A stretch of DNA of 64,000 nucleotides from Nitrosopumilus sp. (GCA_965206745.1 OZ242220.1:1696001-1760000); one strand, 5' to 3'; shown: positions 46,230 to 57,174, counted from the stretch's first letter. A program made the numbers and translations. The notes: generated by a model from the letters alone, not told the origin.

Positions 46230-48500
46230 CTATTGGGAGGACCGTACATGAGTATTTTCAGTATAGTCTATCAAGTTGCCATACTCATCATACTCTTTTG
46301 TGGATTCCAGATTTCCGTATTCGTCAAATTGGGATTCGGATTCTAGATGTCCATCGATGTAATGTTTTTCTGATTTGGAATGTCTGTTCTCGGAAAATTG
46401 AGATTCATGTTTTAGATGTCCATCGGTATAATATTTTATTGATTTGTGATATCAGTTTTCAAAATATTGATCTTCTTTTAGCTCTCCGCTGTTCAAATTA
46501 CTGAGTTGTGATTTTAGATTTCCGTTCTCGTGATACTCGTAGTGTATCTCTTCTTCTAGTTGTCCGTTGACATAGTGTTTTTTGGATTTGAGGTTTTGGT
46601 TCTCGTCATAGTATAGTTCCTGTAGTTGTCCGTTCATATGCTGTTTTACAGATTTGAGGTTTTGGTTCTCATACTCGTAGTCAATTGAAAAGTTTAGTTC
46701 TCCGTCCACATAGTGTTCTACGGATTTGGTACTTTGGTTTTCATAATATCCAATAACATATCGAACTGGGCTGCCCATATGATGCTTGTAGTGTATCTCT
46801 TGCTTTAGTTGTCCGTTGCTATAATATTTATAGGATTTTAGGTTTTGGTTCTCGTCATAGTGTTGTTCCTGTAGTTGTCCCTGTAGTTGTCCGCCCCCAT
46901 AGCGCTTTTTGGATTTGAGATGGTGGTTCTCGTCATACTCGTAGTCTATCTCTTGTTCTGGTTGTCCGTTGATATAATATTTATAGGATTTTAGGTTTTG
47001 GTTCTCGTCATAGTGTTGTTCCCGTAGTTGTCCGTTCATATGCCATTTTGAAGATTTGAGGTTTTGGTTCTCGTCATACTCGTAGTGTATCTCTTGTTCT
47101 AGTTGTCCGTCCACATAGTGTTTTCCAGATTTTAGATTTTTGTTCTCATACTCGTAGTATGTCTCACCTTTTAGTTCTCCATCCACATAGTGTTTTACGG
47201 ATTTTGGATTTTTGTTCTCATACTCGTAGTGTGTCTCACTTTCTAGCTGTCCGCCCACATAGCGTTTTACGGACTTGGTACTTTGGTTTTCATAATATTC
47301 AGCGACATATCGAATTGAGCTGTCCACATAATATTGATCAAGTTTGAAATCACCATTCTCGTCATACTCATAGTCAACTGCAAAGTTTAGTTCTCCGTCT
47401 GCATAGTGCTTTTTGGATTTGAGGTTTTGGTTCTCATACTCGTAGTGTGTCTCTCGTTCTAGTTGTCCGTTGACATATTGTTTTATGGATTTTAGATTTT
47501 GATTCTCGTCATACTCGTAGTGTGTTTCAATTACTTGTGGTCTATCCACATAGCGTTTTTCGAATTTGAGGTTTTGGTTCTCGTCATACTCGTAGGCAAT
47601 TGAAAAATTTAGTTCCCCGTCCACATAGTGTTTTTCGAATTTGAGGTTTTGGTTCTCGTCATACTCGTAGTGTCTCTCTTCTTCTAGTTGCCAGTTGACA
47701 TGATGTTTTTCGGATTTTAGATTTTGATTCTCGTCATACTCATAGTGTATCTTCTTTACTAGCTGGCCGATTACATAGTGTTTTTCGGATTTGAGGTTTT
47801 GGTTCTCGTCATAGTGTAGTTCCTTCACTAGTCCGTTTTCATCAAATTGAGATTCAGATTTTAGATGTCCATCGGCATAATGTTTTACTGATTTACGATA
47901 TTCGTTCTCATAAGATTGGGGTTTCGTCATATTTTCGTTGAAAAGATCAATGAATGGTAATTTTAGATATTCGTTCTCATACTTGTAGTGTGTCTCCCTT
48001 TCTAGCTGTCCGTCCACATAACGTTTTACGGATTTGGTACTTTGGTTTTCATAATATTCAGTAACATATCGAACCGATCTGTCCACATGATACTCGTCAA
48101 GTTTAAAGTCGCCGTTCTCGCGATACTCGTAGTTAAATGAAAATTTTAGTTCTCCGTCCACATAGTGCTTTTTGGATTTGAGATTATCATTCTCATACTC
48201 GTAGTGTGTTTCACTATCTGGCTGCCCGTCTAGATAATATTTTCTGAATTTCAAATATTCGTTGCTGTCATAGTGCTGTTCCTCCACTAGTTGTCCGTTC
48301 TCGTCATAATAGAATTTTAATTTCATATTTCCATCCTTGTCATATTGGATCAGTTGCGAGTATTCGTCTCCATAATACGTCTCAAGTGGCTCATTGACTG
48401 GAGATATTTCTGCAAGTACAGAGGGAATCATCAAAGGGAGCAGGGCTACTAGGGCCAGTAATAGGAGAACTGATCTTTTCAACAGTGTACAATAGGGCAA
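46230..48500 (-). pseudogene. Secreted MORN/YwqK-like repeat protein with premature TGA at 46452-46454
   Basis: 682 aa of YEYDENQNLKSEKHYVDGQLE-type repeats. The frame continues 73 codons past the TGA with the same repeats, to TAG at 46230. Confidence 0.8.
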
Positions 48501-48828
48501 TACTCAATTTAAGAATTGACTCAATGGAGTAGCGTTTGCATCAATTCAAGTCTTGCAATACCGGAGAATCATCAGGATAAAAGTTTCTTTGGTGTATGGC
48601 AATTACCTGAAAGTTGAAAAGATCAATGTTTTTCATATTCATGTATCCAGTCACCTGCCACAGGTTATCAGACAAGACGAGTAACCAGAAGACAGTTCTT
48701 GGTACAAAACAAATACCAGAAACGCTACACTGCTGCCAACATACAGTGGGATGCAGACATGAGTCAGACAAGAATCCAAAGACCCTGCTGCACAATCACT
48801 GCAAGAACGACAAAACAGGTGCCAGTCC

Positions 48829-49281
48829 CTATTGCTTGTACAGCCTTGTCGCCTTTACGGTAAGATTCAGCACCGCCATGTAGATGACTGTAGAGATACC
48901 CTGCGATACAATTGATGCCATGTACGGATCATACTGTGCCGTCAAAAGATAGTACTGCAGTACCCACCTCAACACGGTATAGATGATCTCGGCTATTCCA
49001 AGGGAGGTGATCAGCTTTTTCAGGTCGCGCCTCAGCCTTGCAGTGTCCGTCCCGCCAGATTCCAGCCGGTATTTTTTCCTGTTGTCGATATAGAACATAC
49101 AGCTAAAGACTGAAAAGTAAACGGCATAGTCTGCAACTGTCGTGTATGTGGTGTTTAGATAGTCGGGCTGATCAGATAGGGCCTGTGCTATGAGAGCCGA
49201 GGTCACTATTGACGCTGCAAGTGCAATGAGAACGTTCTTGTTTAGTTTGAGGTACTGCTCCAACACATTCCAAACCCCCAA
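48829..49281 (-). CDS. Conserved membrane protein (GtrA-like)
   Basis: Four hydrophobic segments; core-like composition. Confidence 0.75.
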   Translation of the reverse strand: MGVWNVLEQYLKLNKNVLIALAASIVTSALIAQALSDQPDYLNTTYTTVADYAVYFSVFSCMFYIDNRKKYRLESGGTDTARLRRDLKKLITSLGIAEIIYTVLRWVLQYYLLTAQYDPYMASIVSQGISTVIYMAVLNLTVKATRLYKQ

Positions 49282-49296
49282 TCCATTACAAATAAA

Positions 49297-49581
49297 CTAG
49301 TCCAGGGCAATCTTGAGAAACATTATCAGTCCTGCAAGCTCTGCAATGCCGACTCCCAGCATGTACGGGAATATGTCGTGTGAAAAGATCTCATCCATCG
49401 AGAAATAGGCCAGTGCCCCCATGATGTTATGCAAGAACAGCATGCCTGCCACCACTATCATGCCCAAGGGAAGCTGGGCCTGGGTCTTTTGATACATTTT
49501 GGCAAATACGCAGATCAGAATTCCAAGTATGCCCATGTTTGCAATGGATACGACAGACAGCACTAGAGAGGTGGGCTCCAT
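49297..49581 (-). CDS. Small 3-TM membrane protein
   Basis: 94 aa, downstream of the ArsR-type gene, a common archaeal pairing. Confidence 0.8.
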   Translation of the reverse strand: MEPTSLVLSVVSIANMGILGILICVFAKMYQKTQAQLPLGMIVVAGMLFLHNIMGALAYFSMDEIFSHDIFPYMLGVGIAELAGLIMFLKIALD

Positions 49582-49605
49582 TAGAATAAAACACCTCGAA
49601 TTCTC

Positions 49606-49908
49606 TTATTTACTTTTATCCAATTTTCTCTCAATTTCTTCAAATGCCTCCATGTTGACTTCAAGGAAGGTTGAGATAAAATAGGTCACATTGTATCTCT
49701 CCCCTACCTTGCTTACCATGTTGTTTTTTTCCAGCACGCGTATATGGTGCTGGATGGCCTTGTAGTCAAGGCCCAGCTCCCGTGCAAGCTGGTTTATGTT
49801 AAACGGGTTCTCCCCTAGCTTGGAGATTATCCTTAGTCGGTTCAGGCCGCCCCGTGAGCCTGCAAACACAAACCACAGGAGTCTCTTTGCGTCAGGATCA
49901 TTGGCCAT
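49606..49908 (-). CDS. ArsR-family winged-HTH regulator
   Basis: LLWFVFAGSRGGLNRLRII...NINQLARELGLDYKAIQHHIRVLEKNNMV; start MANDPD. Confidence 0.9.
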   Translation of the reverse strand: MANDPDAKRLLWFVFAGSRGGLNRLRIISKLGENPFNINQLARELGLDYKAIQHHIRVLEKNNMVSKVGERYNVTYFISTFLEVNMEAFEEIERKLDKSK

Positions 49909-49995
49909 AAGTTGTTTAAATTTCTCCGTATTTACTACTAAAAGGATTCGGAGACACAAGTAGAAGGTATAAAAAACATAGTCAGGCAAATTCCA

Positions 49996-50889
49996 GTGAA
50001 CCAAAAAATGATGCTAAACTATGACGCCCCGCTGTACAGGCCGCCATCAGAGGCCAAATCACTTATCTTTCAGGTGACGCTGGGATGCTCGTTTAACGAG
50101 TGCTCGTTTTGCGACATGTACAGATCAAAAGAGTACTCGGAGAGGCCCTGGGAGCAGCTCAAAGAAGAGATCGACATGATGGCAGGCTACCTTCCAGACA
50201 CCAAGAGGGTGTTTCTTGCAGACGGGGATGCACTAAACGTCGACTCCCAGTACATGATCAAGGTTGTAAGGTACATCAGGGAAAAGTTCCAGGGCATCCA
50301 GAGGATTTCCTGCTATGCAATGCCCATGAACATACTGAAAAAGACGCCAGAGGAGCTAAAGATGATGAACGATGCGGGCCTTGACATGTTTTATCTCGGG
50401 ATTGAGAGCGGTTCTGATACCGTCTTAAAAAAAGTCACAAAGGGGGCAGTCGCAAAGACGATCGTCAAGTCAGTGAAGAAGGCAAAGGAGGCAGGATATG
50501 TAATGTCGTGCATGGTAATCTTGGGGCTGGGCGGAAAGGCATACTCGGAGGACCACATCAGTGGAACTGCCAGAGTCATCAGTGAGTGCTCGCCGGACTA
50601 TGTCGGCGCCCTGACACTATACCTGGAGAACGGGATCAAGGAGGAGTTTATCAGCAAGTACGAGGGCCAGTTTGCAAAGATCAGCGACGAGGAGTCACTG
50701 GAGGAGCTGTACAATTTGATAGACCAGATTGACACAAGAGAGGAGATCGTCTTTAGGGTAAACCACGGCTCAAACGCATACAGCGTAAAGGGAACGTTCC
50801 CACAGGACAAGCAGGAGATGCTAGAAAAGGTCACATGGATGAGGCAGCATCCGGAGACTGCGCGTCCAGAGGGACTCCGAGGATTCTAG
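49996..50889 (+). CDS. Radical SAM protein
   Basis: YRPPSEA; GCSFNECSFCDMY (CX4CX2C); FLADGDA; GIESGSD. Confidence 0.92.
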   Translation: MNQKMMLNYDAPLYRPPSEAKSLIFQVTLGCSFNECSFCDMYRSKEYSERPWEQLKEEIDMMAGYLPDTKRVFLADGDALNVDSQYMIKVVRYIREKFQGIQRISCYAMPMNILKKTPEELKMMNDAGLDMFYLGIESGSDTVLKKVTKGAVAKTIVKSVKKAKEAGYVMSCMVILGLGGKAYSEDHISGTARVISECSPDYVGALTLYLENGIKEEFISKYEGQFAKISDEESLEELYNLIDQIDTREEIVFRVNHGSNAYSVKGTFPQDKQEMLEKVTWMRQHPETARPEGLRGF

Positions 50890-51350
50890 ACCAGGTTTTC
50901 CTGGGACTTGTACACCACTTTGAAGATCTTGACTAGATAGTCGCCATCAAATATCCTCGTTGTAATGCCGTCATCAGAGTTTAGCACCCTGAATTTGTAC
51001 TGGTAGGTGCCATCAGGACTGACATCTGCCTGGGCAAAGTGAACGGCCTCCTCGCCTCTGAAAATTTGTATAATTACAGGATAGCCATCTACGGGGTCTG
51101 CAATCTTTCCTTCAACATACGCCCAAGGTATGGTGCTGTCTTTGGGGGAATGAAAGAGGAGTGTCGACTGCTCAAGGTTAGTCGTCTGGGTCAGCGGGCT
51201 GGTTTGAGTCTGGGGCGTGTGCGTGTGGCCGTTGATGAGGACCTGGCCAGTATGCGGATGCGCAGAGGCAGAACCCAGTGAGAGTGACAGAAGAATGGTA
51301 AAAGCCAGAATGCCTGAGAATACTAGTTTGTCCATATCAGGGTATGACAT
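50886..51350 (-). CDS. Secreted Ig-like-fold protein
   Basis: Signal peptide, HPH..HTH, PVIIQIF...HFAQADV..DGTYQYKF. Confidence 0.8.
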   Translation of the reverse strand: MSYPDMDKLVFSGILAFTILLSLSLGSASAHPHTGQVLINGHTHTPQTQTSPLTQTTNLEQSTLLFHSPKDSTIPWAYVEGKIADPVDGYPVIIQIFRGEEAVHFAQADVSPDGTYQYKFRVLNSDDGITTRIFDGDYLVKIFKVVYKSQENLV

Positions 51351-51374
51351 GTGCTAGTTTAAGAATTTTTCAAG

Positions 51375-51626
51375 CTAGAGACTATCAACTATTAACTTGA
51401 GGTTCTCTGGGAGATCGGGCAGCTCTGTGTGGCTCTCGTTGTTTTGCAGGATCTCGGGGCCTATGCGTCTGACCCGCTGTGTCCCAATAAGGGTGTCAAT
51501 GTTTCTCATGATGTCTTTCTCAGAGAGTACAGCCCTTAGTTTTTCGGTAACGACCCCCTCGTTTTCGTACTTTTTGATCCCGTACTGAACCAGGATGGTC
51601 TTCTCCTCAGATGAGAACTCTGTCAT
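51375..51626 (-). CDS. Conserved small thaumarchaeal protein, 83 aa
   Basis: MTEFSSEEKTILVQYGIKKYE...RNIDTLIGTQRVRRIG; the upstream part of the 189-aa ORF looks non-coding. Confidence 0.75.
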   Translation of the reverse strand: MTEFSSEEKTILVQYGIKKYENEGVVTEKLRAVLSEKDIMRNIDTLIGTQRVRRIGPEILQNNESHTELPDLPENLKLIVDSL

Positions 51627-51886
51627 GTCTTTGAGAGGCAGGTCTGGTGGTAATAATCTTTGGTCAACAGACGCACTACCAGTTGTACGAGTATCAGCAG
51701 GCCTGCATTTCAGGTGACGGCAGGCAAGAGAATTGCATGTCGCACTAGAACTTGTCCTTTGAATCAGATTAGATACGATTGCAAGATGATGGAGCCGCCA
51801 AAGGAGTAATGGTACAATCAGACATCTCTTGACAAAGACCCGTGTATTTTGGCAGGTGACATATACACAAAAAAATTGCACAGGCA

Positions 51887-52462
51887 ATGCTAGTGAACCA
51901 AATGCAAATCCAGATAAACCCCAGGATGTCTTTATTATTTGCATTGAATAAATATCAGATTCTAATCATTGCAGTTGCAGTACTGGCTACCGCCCTTGTC
52001 TTGACAATTACCATGAATACATCAATAACACTACCTGAGCCAGTCGATGGCGACCTTACTCATTCTATTGAGGTACTGACTAGTCCCTCTGAGATAGACG
52101 GGCTGAACCGAAAGACGCCTTATCTTCCACCAAAGATTACAGAGCAGGAACTGGTACATGAAAAAATAAAGCAGGGTGTGGTGTATGTTTTGGGTGCATC
52201 AAATGCACCGGAAATAAAAGGACAGGTAATTTTCAGTACTGATTATCCCCCATCCAAATACAAGATTACTCAACCCGGCCCGTTTGATTACATAACTGAA
52301 ATTTACGTCACGGACAAAGAATTCAATCAGTACAGATCGTGGGCAGATGAAAACCTGGTTCCAAAGGGGGTTGAACACGATTCTGACAGTTATTATTTTG
52401 AGTATGATGGGGAGATTATCATAATGAACTTTGTAGATACAGTCATGCGACAAGGCAACTAA
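51887..52462 (+). CDS. Membrane-anchored protein, TPY.PP family
   Basis: Paralog of 34826 and 53821. Confidence 0.8.
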   Translation: MLVNQMQIQINPRMSLLFALNKYQILIIAVAVLATALVLTITMNTSITLPEPVDGDLTHSIEVLTSPSEIDGLNRKTPYLPPKITEQELVHEKIKQGVVYVLGASNAPEIKGQVIFSTDYPPSKYKITQPGPFDYITEIYVTDKEFNQYRSWADENLVPKGVEHDSDSYYFEYDGEIIIMNFVDTVMRQGN

Positions 52463-52659
52463 GACCCCGTCATCCTCCCAGTCTCATCTCCAATTCCTCC
52501 TGCAATCAGCATCAATGCAATAGCCGAATCTGCAGATTGCAGTTACAGTCTTGACTAGTAACCACACAGGCGTGAATCATTCGATGATCCCGGGAGACTA
52601 GGGGCGATACAGTCATGCAACAAGATGCTTTTATTTCTCTGATACCTGATTCTATTTTT

Positions 52660-53544
52660 TCAGTTCTCAGGATACTCGTTGGCTATTGTTCCGTCAGCCA
52701 AATAAGTGAATTTTGTATTCCCGTTCTCCCAGTACTCTGCATATAATATTCCATTTTCGCGATAGTGGAATTTTTTCTTTCTGTTTTGATCTTCTGCATA
52801 CTCGTACTCGATCTGTCCATTTGGATGATAATTATATCTTATATTCCCGTTTTCATACCATTCATCTGTGATTCTGCCTTTATCATCATAACCTGTTTTC
52901 CGTTTCCCATCTTCCCAGTACTCCATTCGTGTACTGCCATCCTCATAGTATGATACTTTGTTGGTTCCGTCTTCACGGAATTCCATTCGTGTACTGCCAT
53001 CCTCATAGTATGATACTTTGCTGGTTCCGTCTTCACGGAATTCCATTCGTGTACTGCCATCCTCATAGTATGATATTTTGCGGGTTCCGTCTTCATGGAA
53101 TTCTTCTAACAGGTTTCCATTCTTGGAATAAGATGCTTTCTGATTCCCGTTTTCCCAATACACCCTTCCCGTGTTTCCATTATTCCAGTATGATATTATG
53201 GGGGTTCCGTCTTCACGGAATTCACTAGCTTTTGTTGTCATGTTTCCAACAAGCCAATAGTCTGTTTTCACGTTTCCATTATCCCAGTATTCCGTTTTAC
53301 TGTCATCTATTCTTTCTATCGATAATGGATCATCGGAGGGGACTCGTGGCTGATGATGACAATATTCGGATACTTTGAGAAATTTTTCTTCTTGAGCAGG
53401 TGTCATGTCTGTGCCGTCAAAGTCGTCTATGACATTGCAATCCCTATTAGCCAGAACCTGATCCAGCTGTGACTGACTGCCGGCAGCTACTGTTACAATT
53501 GCTGCAACTGCGACAATCCCGATAATAATGTAAATGTATTTCAT
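52660..53544 (-). CDS. Anchored MORN/YwqK-like repeat protein
   Basis: TM MKYIYIII..., Cys pair, YWENG and FREDG repeats; 60-bp tandem x3 at 52922-53101. Confidence 0.82.
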   Translation of the reverse strand: MKYIYIIIGIVAVAAIVTVAAGSQSQLDQVLANRDCNVIDDFDGTDMTPAQEEKFLKVSEYCHHQPRVPSDDPLSIERIDDSKTEYWDNGNVKTDYWLVGNMTTKASEFREDGTPIISYWNNGNTGRVYWENGNQKASYSKNGNLLEEFHEDGTRKISYYEDGSTRMEFREDGTSKVSYYEDGSTRMEFREDGTNKVSYYEDGSTRMEYWEDGKRKTGYDDKGRITDEWYENGNIRYNYHPNGQIEYEYAEDQNRKKKFHYRENGILYAEYWENGNTKFTYLADGTIANEYPEN

Positions 53545-53652
53545 TTGAACACTTAAATTTTTAGGGATTGCAGGAGTATCCAATAATTTTAAAGAGATTG
53601 CCCATTTTAAAAAAATTGTGTTTTGCATGACTCAGTTCAGATGATTGTTTGC

Positions 53653-53699
53653 GGTTCTGGTTACAAATGGTGATTGAATCACTGTGTTTGACCAGAACA
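53653..53699. repeat. 47-bp palindromic element (family A)
   Basis: GGTTCTGGTTACAAATGGTGATTGAATCACTGTGTTTGACCAGAACA. Confidence 0.8.
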
Positions 53700-53820
53700 T
53701 GCCCATGCAGTCAAATCTCCGATGATTCCCAAAAGAATTGGCAAAAGATACCATATGGAACACTCTACCCATGTTTTAACTCATCCTCATATCCTAGATC
53801 ACCATTTCTGATTAGCGTCA

Positions 53821-54387
53821 TCATGGCACTATTACAGGCTCAAGATCCTCTGTGTACGCCTGATTATAACTTTGTATATTTTCTTCATCCATAAAGATCA
53901 CTTCAACGACCTCCCCATCATACTCAAAATAATAACGGTTAAAATCGTGATCAACTCCTTTTGGAATCAGGTTTTCATCTGCCCACGATTGGTACTGATT
54001 GAATTCATCATGTGTGACGTAAATGTAAGTTTCAGAACCGAATGCACTGAGTTGAACAACACTATATTTGGATGGAGGATGATCGGTACTGAAAATCATC
54101 TCTCCTTGTATTTGTACATTTGATGCACCCATAACATACACCACTCCCTGCTTTATTTTTTCATGTACCAGATCCTGCTCTGTAAGGGTTGGTGGGAGAT
54201 AGGGTGTCCTTCGGTTCAATCCGTCTATCTCAGAGGGAGTAGTCTCTACTTTAATAAAATGAGTAAGGTCGTTATCGGCAGGATCAGGACTCGGTAAGAA
54301 CATAGATGCATTCATGGCCATTGCCAAGACAAGGACGGCAGCCAGTATTCCAGTCGCAATGATTGGAATCTGATATTTAGTGTTCAA
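53821..54387 (-). CDS. Membrane-anchored protein, TPY.PP family
   Basis: Paralog of 51887 and 34826. Confidence 0.8.
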   Translation of the reverse strand: MNTKYQIPIIATGILAAVLVLAMAMNASMFLPSPDPADNDLTHFIKVETTPSEIDGLNRRTPYLPPTLTEQDLVHEKIKQGVVYVMGASNVQIQGEMIFSTDHPPSKYSVVQLSAFGSETYIYVTHDEFNQYQSWADENLIPKGVDHDFNRYYFEYDGEVVEVIFMDEENIQSYNQAYTEDLEPVIVP

Positions 54388-54416
54388 TAGAAAAAAATGA
54401 AATCGTTTTTGCGTTG

Positions 54417-54537
54417 TTTTTCGTCATTGGTAGTATCACACTGTAGAGATTAATAGGGATTGTGTACAATTTACAGCTGTAATTTGTACACAATGGTTTT
54501 AAGCAAGTGCACGAGGTTTTACAATGTAACTTCCATT
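54417..54537. promoter_or_regulatory. Divergent promoter with palindromic operator, copy 3
   Basis: TTGTGTACAATTTACAGCTGTAATTTGTACACAA (54460-54493), a near-perfect dyad flanked by GATTAATAG and TTTTAAG. Confidence 0.75.
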
Positions 54538-54714
54538 GACGGTTTTGTGTAATCTTGGGAGGCCTGAAACATGGATCTTGTTCTGATTCAAAAATTCCTC
54601 AAATCACATCCTCTTGAAGGCAGGCCCCCACATCCGGAATTGAGCAGGCAGTCAAATATCCCCGGCTTCAGACCGTATAGGAACTTTTATTCATTTGAAT
54701 GAAACTAGCTTATC

Positions 54715-55965
54715 ATGAACTTTACACACAAGATCCTAGTGCTGGTGGCACTACAGATCATACTAATCATTACAAGCTTTTTGATCATAGTATACTTTGA
54801 GTCCCAGACTGCCCTTACTGGAAACAGGGTCAATATTGCCGGCAAGAACAGGGTATTGACAAGTCTGGTTCATGTGAATATGATTCAGAGCATGTATAGT
54901 GGTGCAGATGATGTCAGGGTGGTCACAGCACTTGAGGATTTGGAGGAGAACATTATGTTTCTCAGGGATGGGGGAATGCTAAATGACATCGAGATACCTC
55001 CTCTTCCATCAGAGTTTGTAGCCGATTGGGGTGCCGTATGGACCAAATTCACAGCATATGATAGTGTTATCAGATCCTCATTGAGTGATCTCAATCTTGA
55101 TGATGTGGACCAAGTCATGAATATAGATACAACAAACTTGGAACTAGTGGGTGTCTCTGACTCGCTCACCAGGAAGCTAGGCGACAGCGTGGATGACCTC
55201 TCTGATCATCTTATAATGCTTCAGATTACACTAGGTATAGTAAACGTGATGGTGCACGTTTTTATGATCATATTCGTACTTCGGATCTTCAAAAGTCACA
55301 CAGAGCAGAAGATAAAGACAGAACGGTTTACCACCATAGGCCAGTTTGCATCCCTGATGGCCCATGATCTGAGGAATCCACTTGGAGCGATAAGAAACTC
55401 GCTTGTAATAATAACTGGTCGCAACGACGGTAACAACGAGGTGATCGACTCTGAGTGCTCCAGAATCGACCGTTCCATAAACAGGATGGCCCACCAGATA
55501 GACGGCGTCATGCACTATGCACGCAATGTCCCACTCTTCACAAAGTCATGTTCCATGTGTGAGATCATACATAGGAGCATGGAGACGATAAATATCCCAG
55601 AAAATATAGACACAAAGTTTCCAGAGAATGACACGGCAATAACGTGTGACTCGACAAAGATGGAGTTTGTCTTTACAAACCTAATGCTCAACGCGATTCA
55701 GGCAATAGGCAGCAATAAAGGCAGCATCACAATACGGCTGACAGACCGACCTGCAGAAATCGCCCTTGAGTTTGAAAATTCCGGTCCTGCAATACCGGAA
55801 GAGAACCTACAGCGCATATTCGAACCGCTCTTTACGACAAAGATGCAGGGAACGGGTCTGGGCCTGGTCAGCTGTACGGGGATAGTTCAACGGCACGGCG
55901 GGCACATCACCGTGCGAAATGATCCGGTCACATTTACAGTGGTGATCCCAAAGGAAGGTATCTGA
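54715..55965 (+). CDS. Sensor histidine kinase (2 TM, PilJ/NarX-like sensor)
   Basis: VNIAGKNR P-box-like motif; H-box AHDLRNPL; NLMLNAIQA; FEPLFTTK; GTGLGL. Confidence 0.93.
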   Translation: MNFTHKILVLVALQIILIITSFLIIVYFESQTALTGNRVNIAGKNRVLTSLVHVNMIQSMYSGADDVRVVTALEDLEENIMFLRDGGMLNDIEIPPLPSEFVADWGAVWTKFTAYDSVIRSSLSDLNLDDVDQVMNIDTTNLELVGVSDSLTRKLGDSVDDLSDHLIMLQITLGIVNVMVHVFMIIFVLRIFKSHTEQKIKTERFTTIGQFASLMAHDLRNPLGAIRNSLVIITGRNDGNNEVIDSECSRIDRSINRMAHQIDGVMHYARNVPLFTKSCSMCEIIHRSMETINIPENIDTKFPENDTAITCDSTKMEFVFTNLMLNAIQAIGSNKGSITIRLTDRPAEIALEFENSGPAIPEENLQRIFEPLFTTKMQGTGLGLVSCTGIVQRHGGHITVRNDPVTFTVVIPKEGI

Positions 55966-56330
55966 TGCATTCTAAGAAGATTCTGATCATCGATGATGAC
56001 GTGGAGTTTCGCGAGTCAATACACATGATTCTAATGGATGTGGATCACAACGTCATCTCCATTCCAAACGCCATCGAGGCTACCTCAGTCTATGCCGAGT
56101 TTGAGCCAGACATAGTGTTTCTGGACATAAGGATGCCCATAGTTGATGGGTATAGTGCCTTTTTTCAGATAACCAGGCGGGATCCTGATGCACGGATAGT
56201 CTTTGTATCAAGCTATGATCTGGATGAGAAAAAGTACAGGCGTGCCATGGATGTCGCACCCGTAGGTGTGCTTGAAAAGCCGCTCAGATTTTCAGATCTC
56301 AAAAAGATGATCAAGATGCACGCAAAATAA
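55965..56330 (+). CDS. Stand-alone response regulator receiver
   Basis: ILIIDDD, VFLDIRMP, LEKP. Confidence 0.93.
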   Translation: MHSKKILIIDDDVEFRESIHMILMDVDHNVISIPNAIEATSVYAEFEPDIVFLDIRMPIVDGYSAFFQITRRDPDARIVFVSSYDLDEKKYRRAMDVAPVGVLEKPLRFSDLKKMIKMHAK

Positions 56331-56334
56331 GATA

Positions 56335-57174
56335 TCATGGCAAAGCATGCTTGTTCTTCATGCCGCTGACTATTCCGGCATAGTGGGCAGAGGCATTGTG
56401 AAAGAATTCAGAGTACCATCCATGCAGGTCCTCATCACCTTCCAGCATCCTGCGCATTCTCTTGGCCCTGCCCTGTGTCTTTCTGGAGTGCAGATGCGGA
56501 TACATCAGAAACGTATAGAACCAGTATGATATCTGCTCTGCCAGATCCTGCTCTATGATTGATTCCAGGTTTCTGGCATATTTGACATGGATAAACGACA
56601 TGAGTGCGTAGAGGGGATTGCTCGGATCCTGCATTACCTGGCTGTCAAGAAGTATTCCCTTTGCAAGAATCCGCAGCTTGTACACATCACTTTTCAGTGC
56701 CGATTTTAGATCCTTCCACCTGCCAAACACCCTTGGAAGCTGATCTGAATATTTTGATGCCATGGTGTCAATCTCTCTGTTGGTGGGATTCAGGACATCC
56801 ATACAGTACAGTATCCCGTGCAGGGAGAGGCAGTACAAATGGGATATCTTTTTGCCTGTTATTTTCTTACTTTTCAGCACCAGTCCAAGGTCAAACATTC
56901 CGTCGTTGTGGCTGCCTCCATCTGACCTTCCGATGAGGAGCCTTCTGTATCCCTTCTCGTTTGCCCTGATCACGCTAATCTTGGAATGCTGTATCTTTGC
57001 CATCTCCCACGTGGTGCACTGCCCGTTTGTAAACAGGATGTACAACAGTTCTCGCACGTTCCTCTGGTGTTTTGTCAGCCTCTTGCTGTTACCACCGTAC
57101 AGCCTGTGGGCTGCAGGCATGGTGTGAATCTTGTATGACATGAGGTTCCCGTAGCGTATTCCATGTTCAGTCAA
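56335..57174 (-). CDS. Thaumarchaeal winged-helix-like putative regulator
   Basis: TTWEMAK...YRRLLIGR...LSLHGILY...LPRVFGRW. Confidence 0.7.
   Translation of the reverse strand: MTEHGIRYGNLMSYKIHTMPAAHRLYGGNSKRLTKHQRNVRELLYILFTNGQCTTWEMAKIQHSKISVIRANEKGYRRLLIGRSDGGSHNDGMFDLGLVLKSKKITGKKISHLYCLSLHGILYCMDVLNPTNREIDTMASKYSDQLPRVFGRWKDLKSALKSDVYKLRILAKGILLDSQVMQDPSNPLYALMSFIHVKYARNLESIIEQDLAEQISYWFYTFLMYPHLHSRKTQGRAKRMRRMLEGDEDLHGWYSEFFHNASAHYAGIVSGMKNKHALP

Noticed and set aside
46452-46454. Selenocysteine or recoded TGA
   Set aside because: The position corresponds to Gly of an ENG repeat, not Cys, and other genes in the window end in TGA normally.
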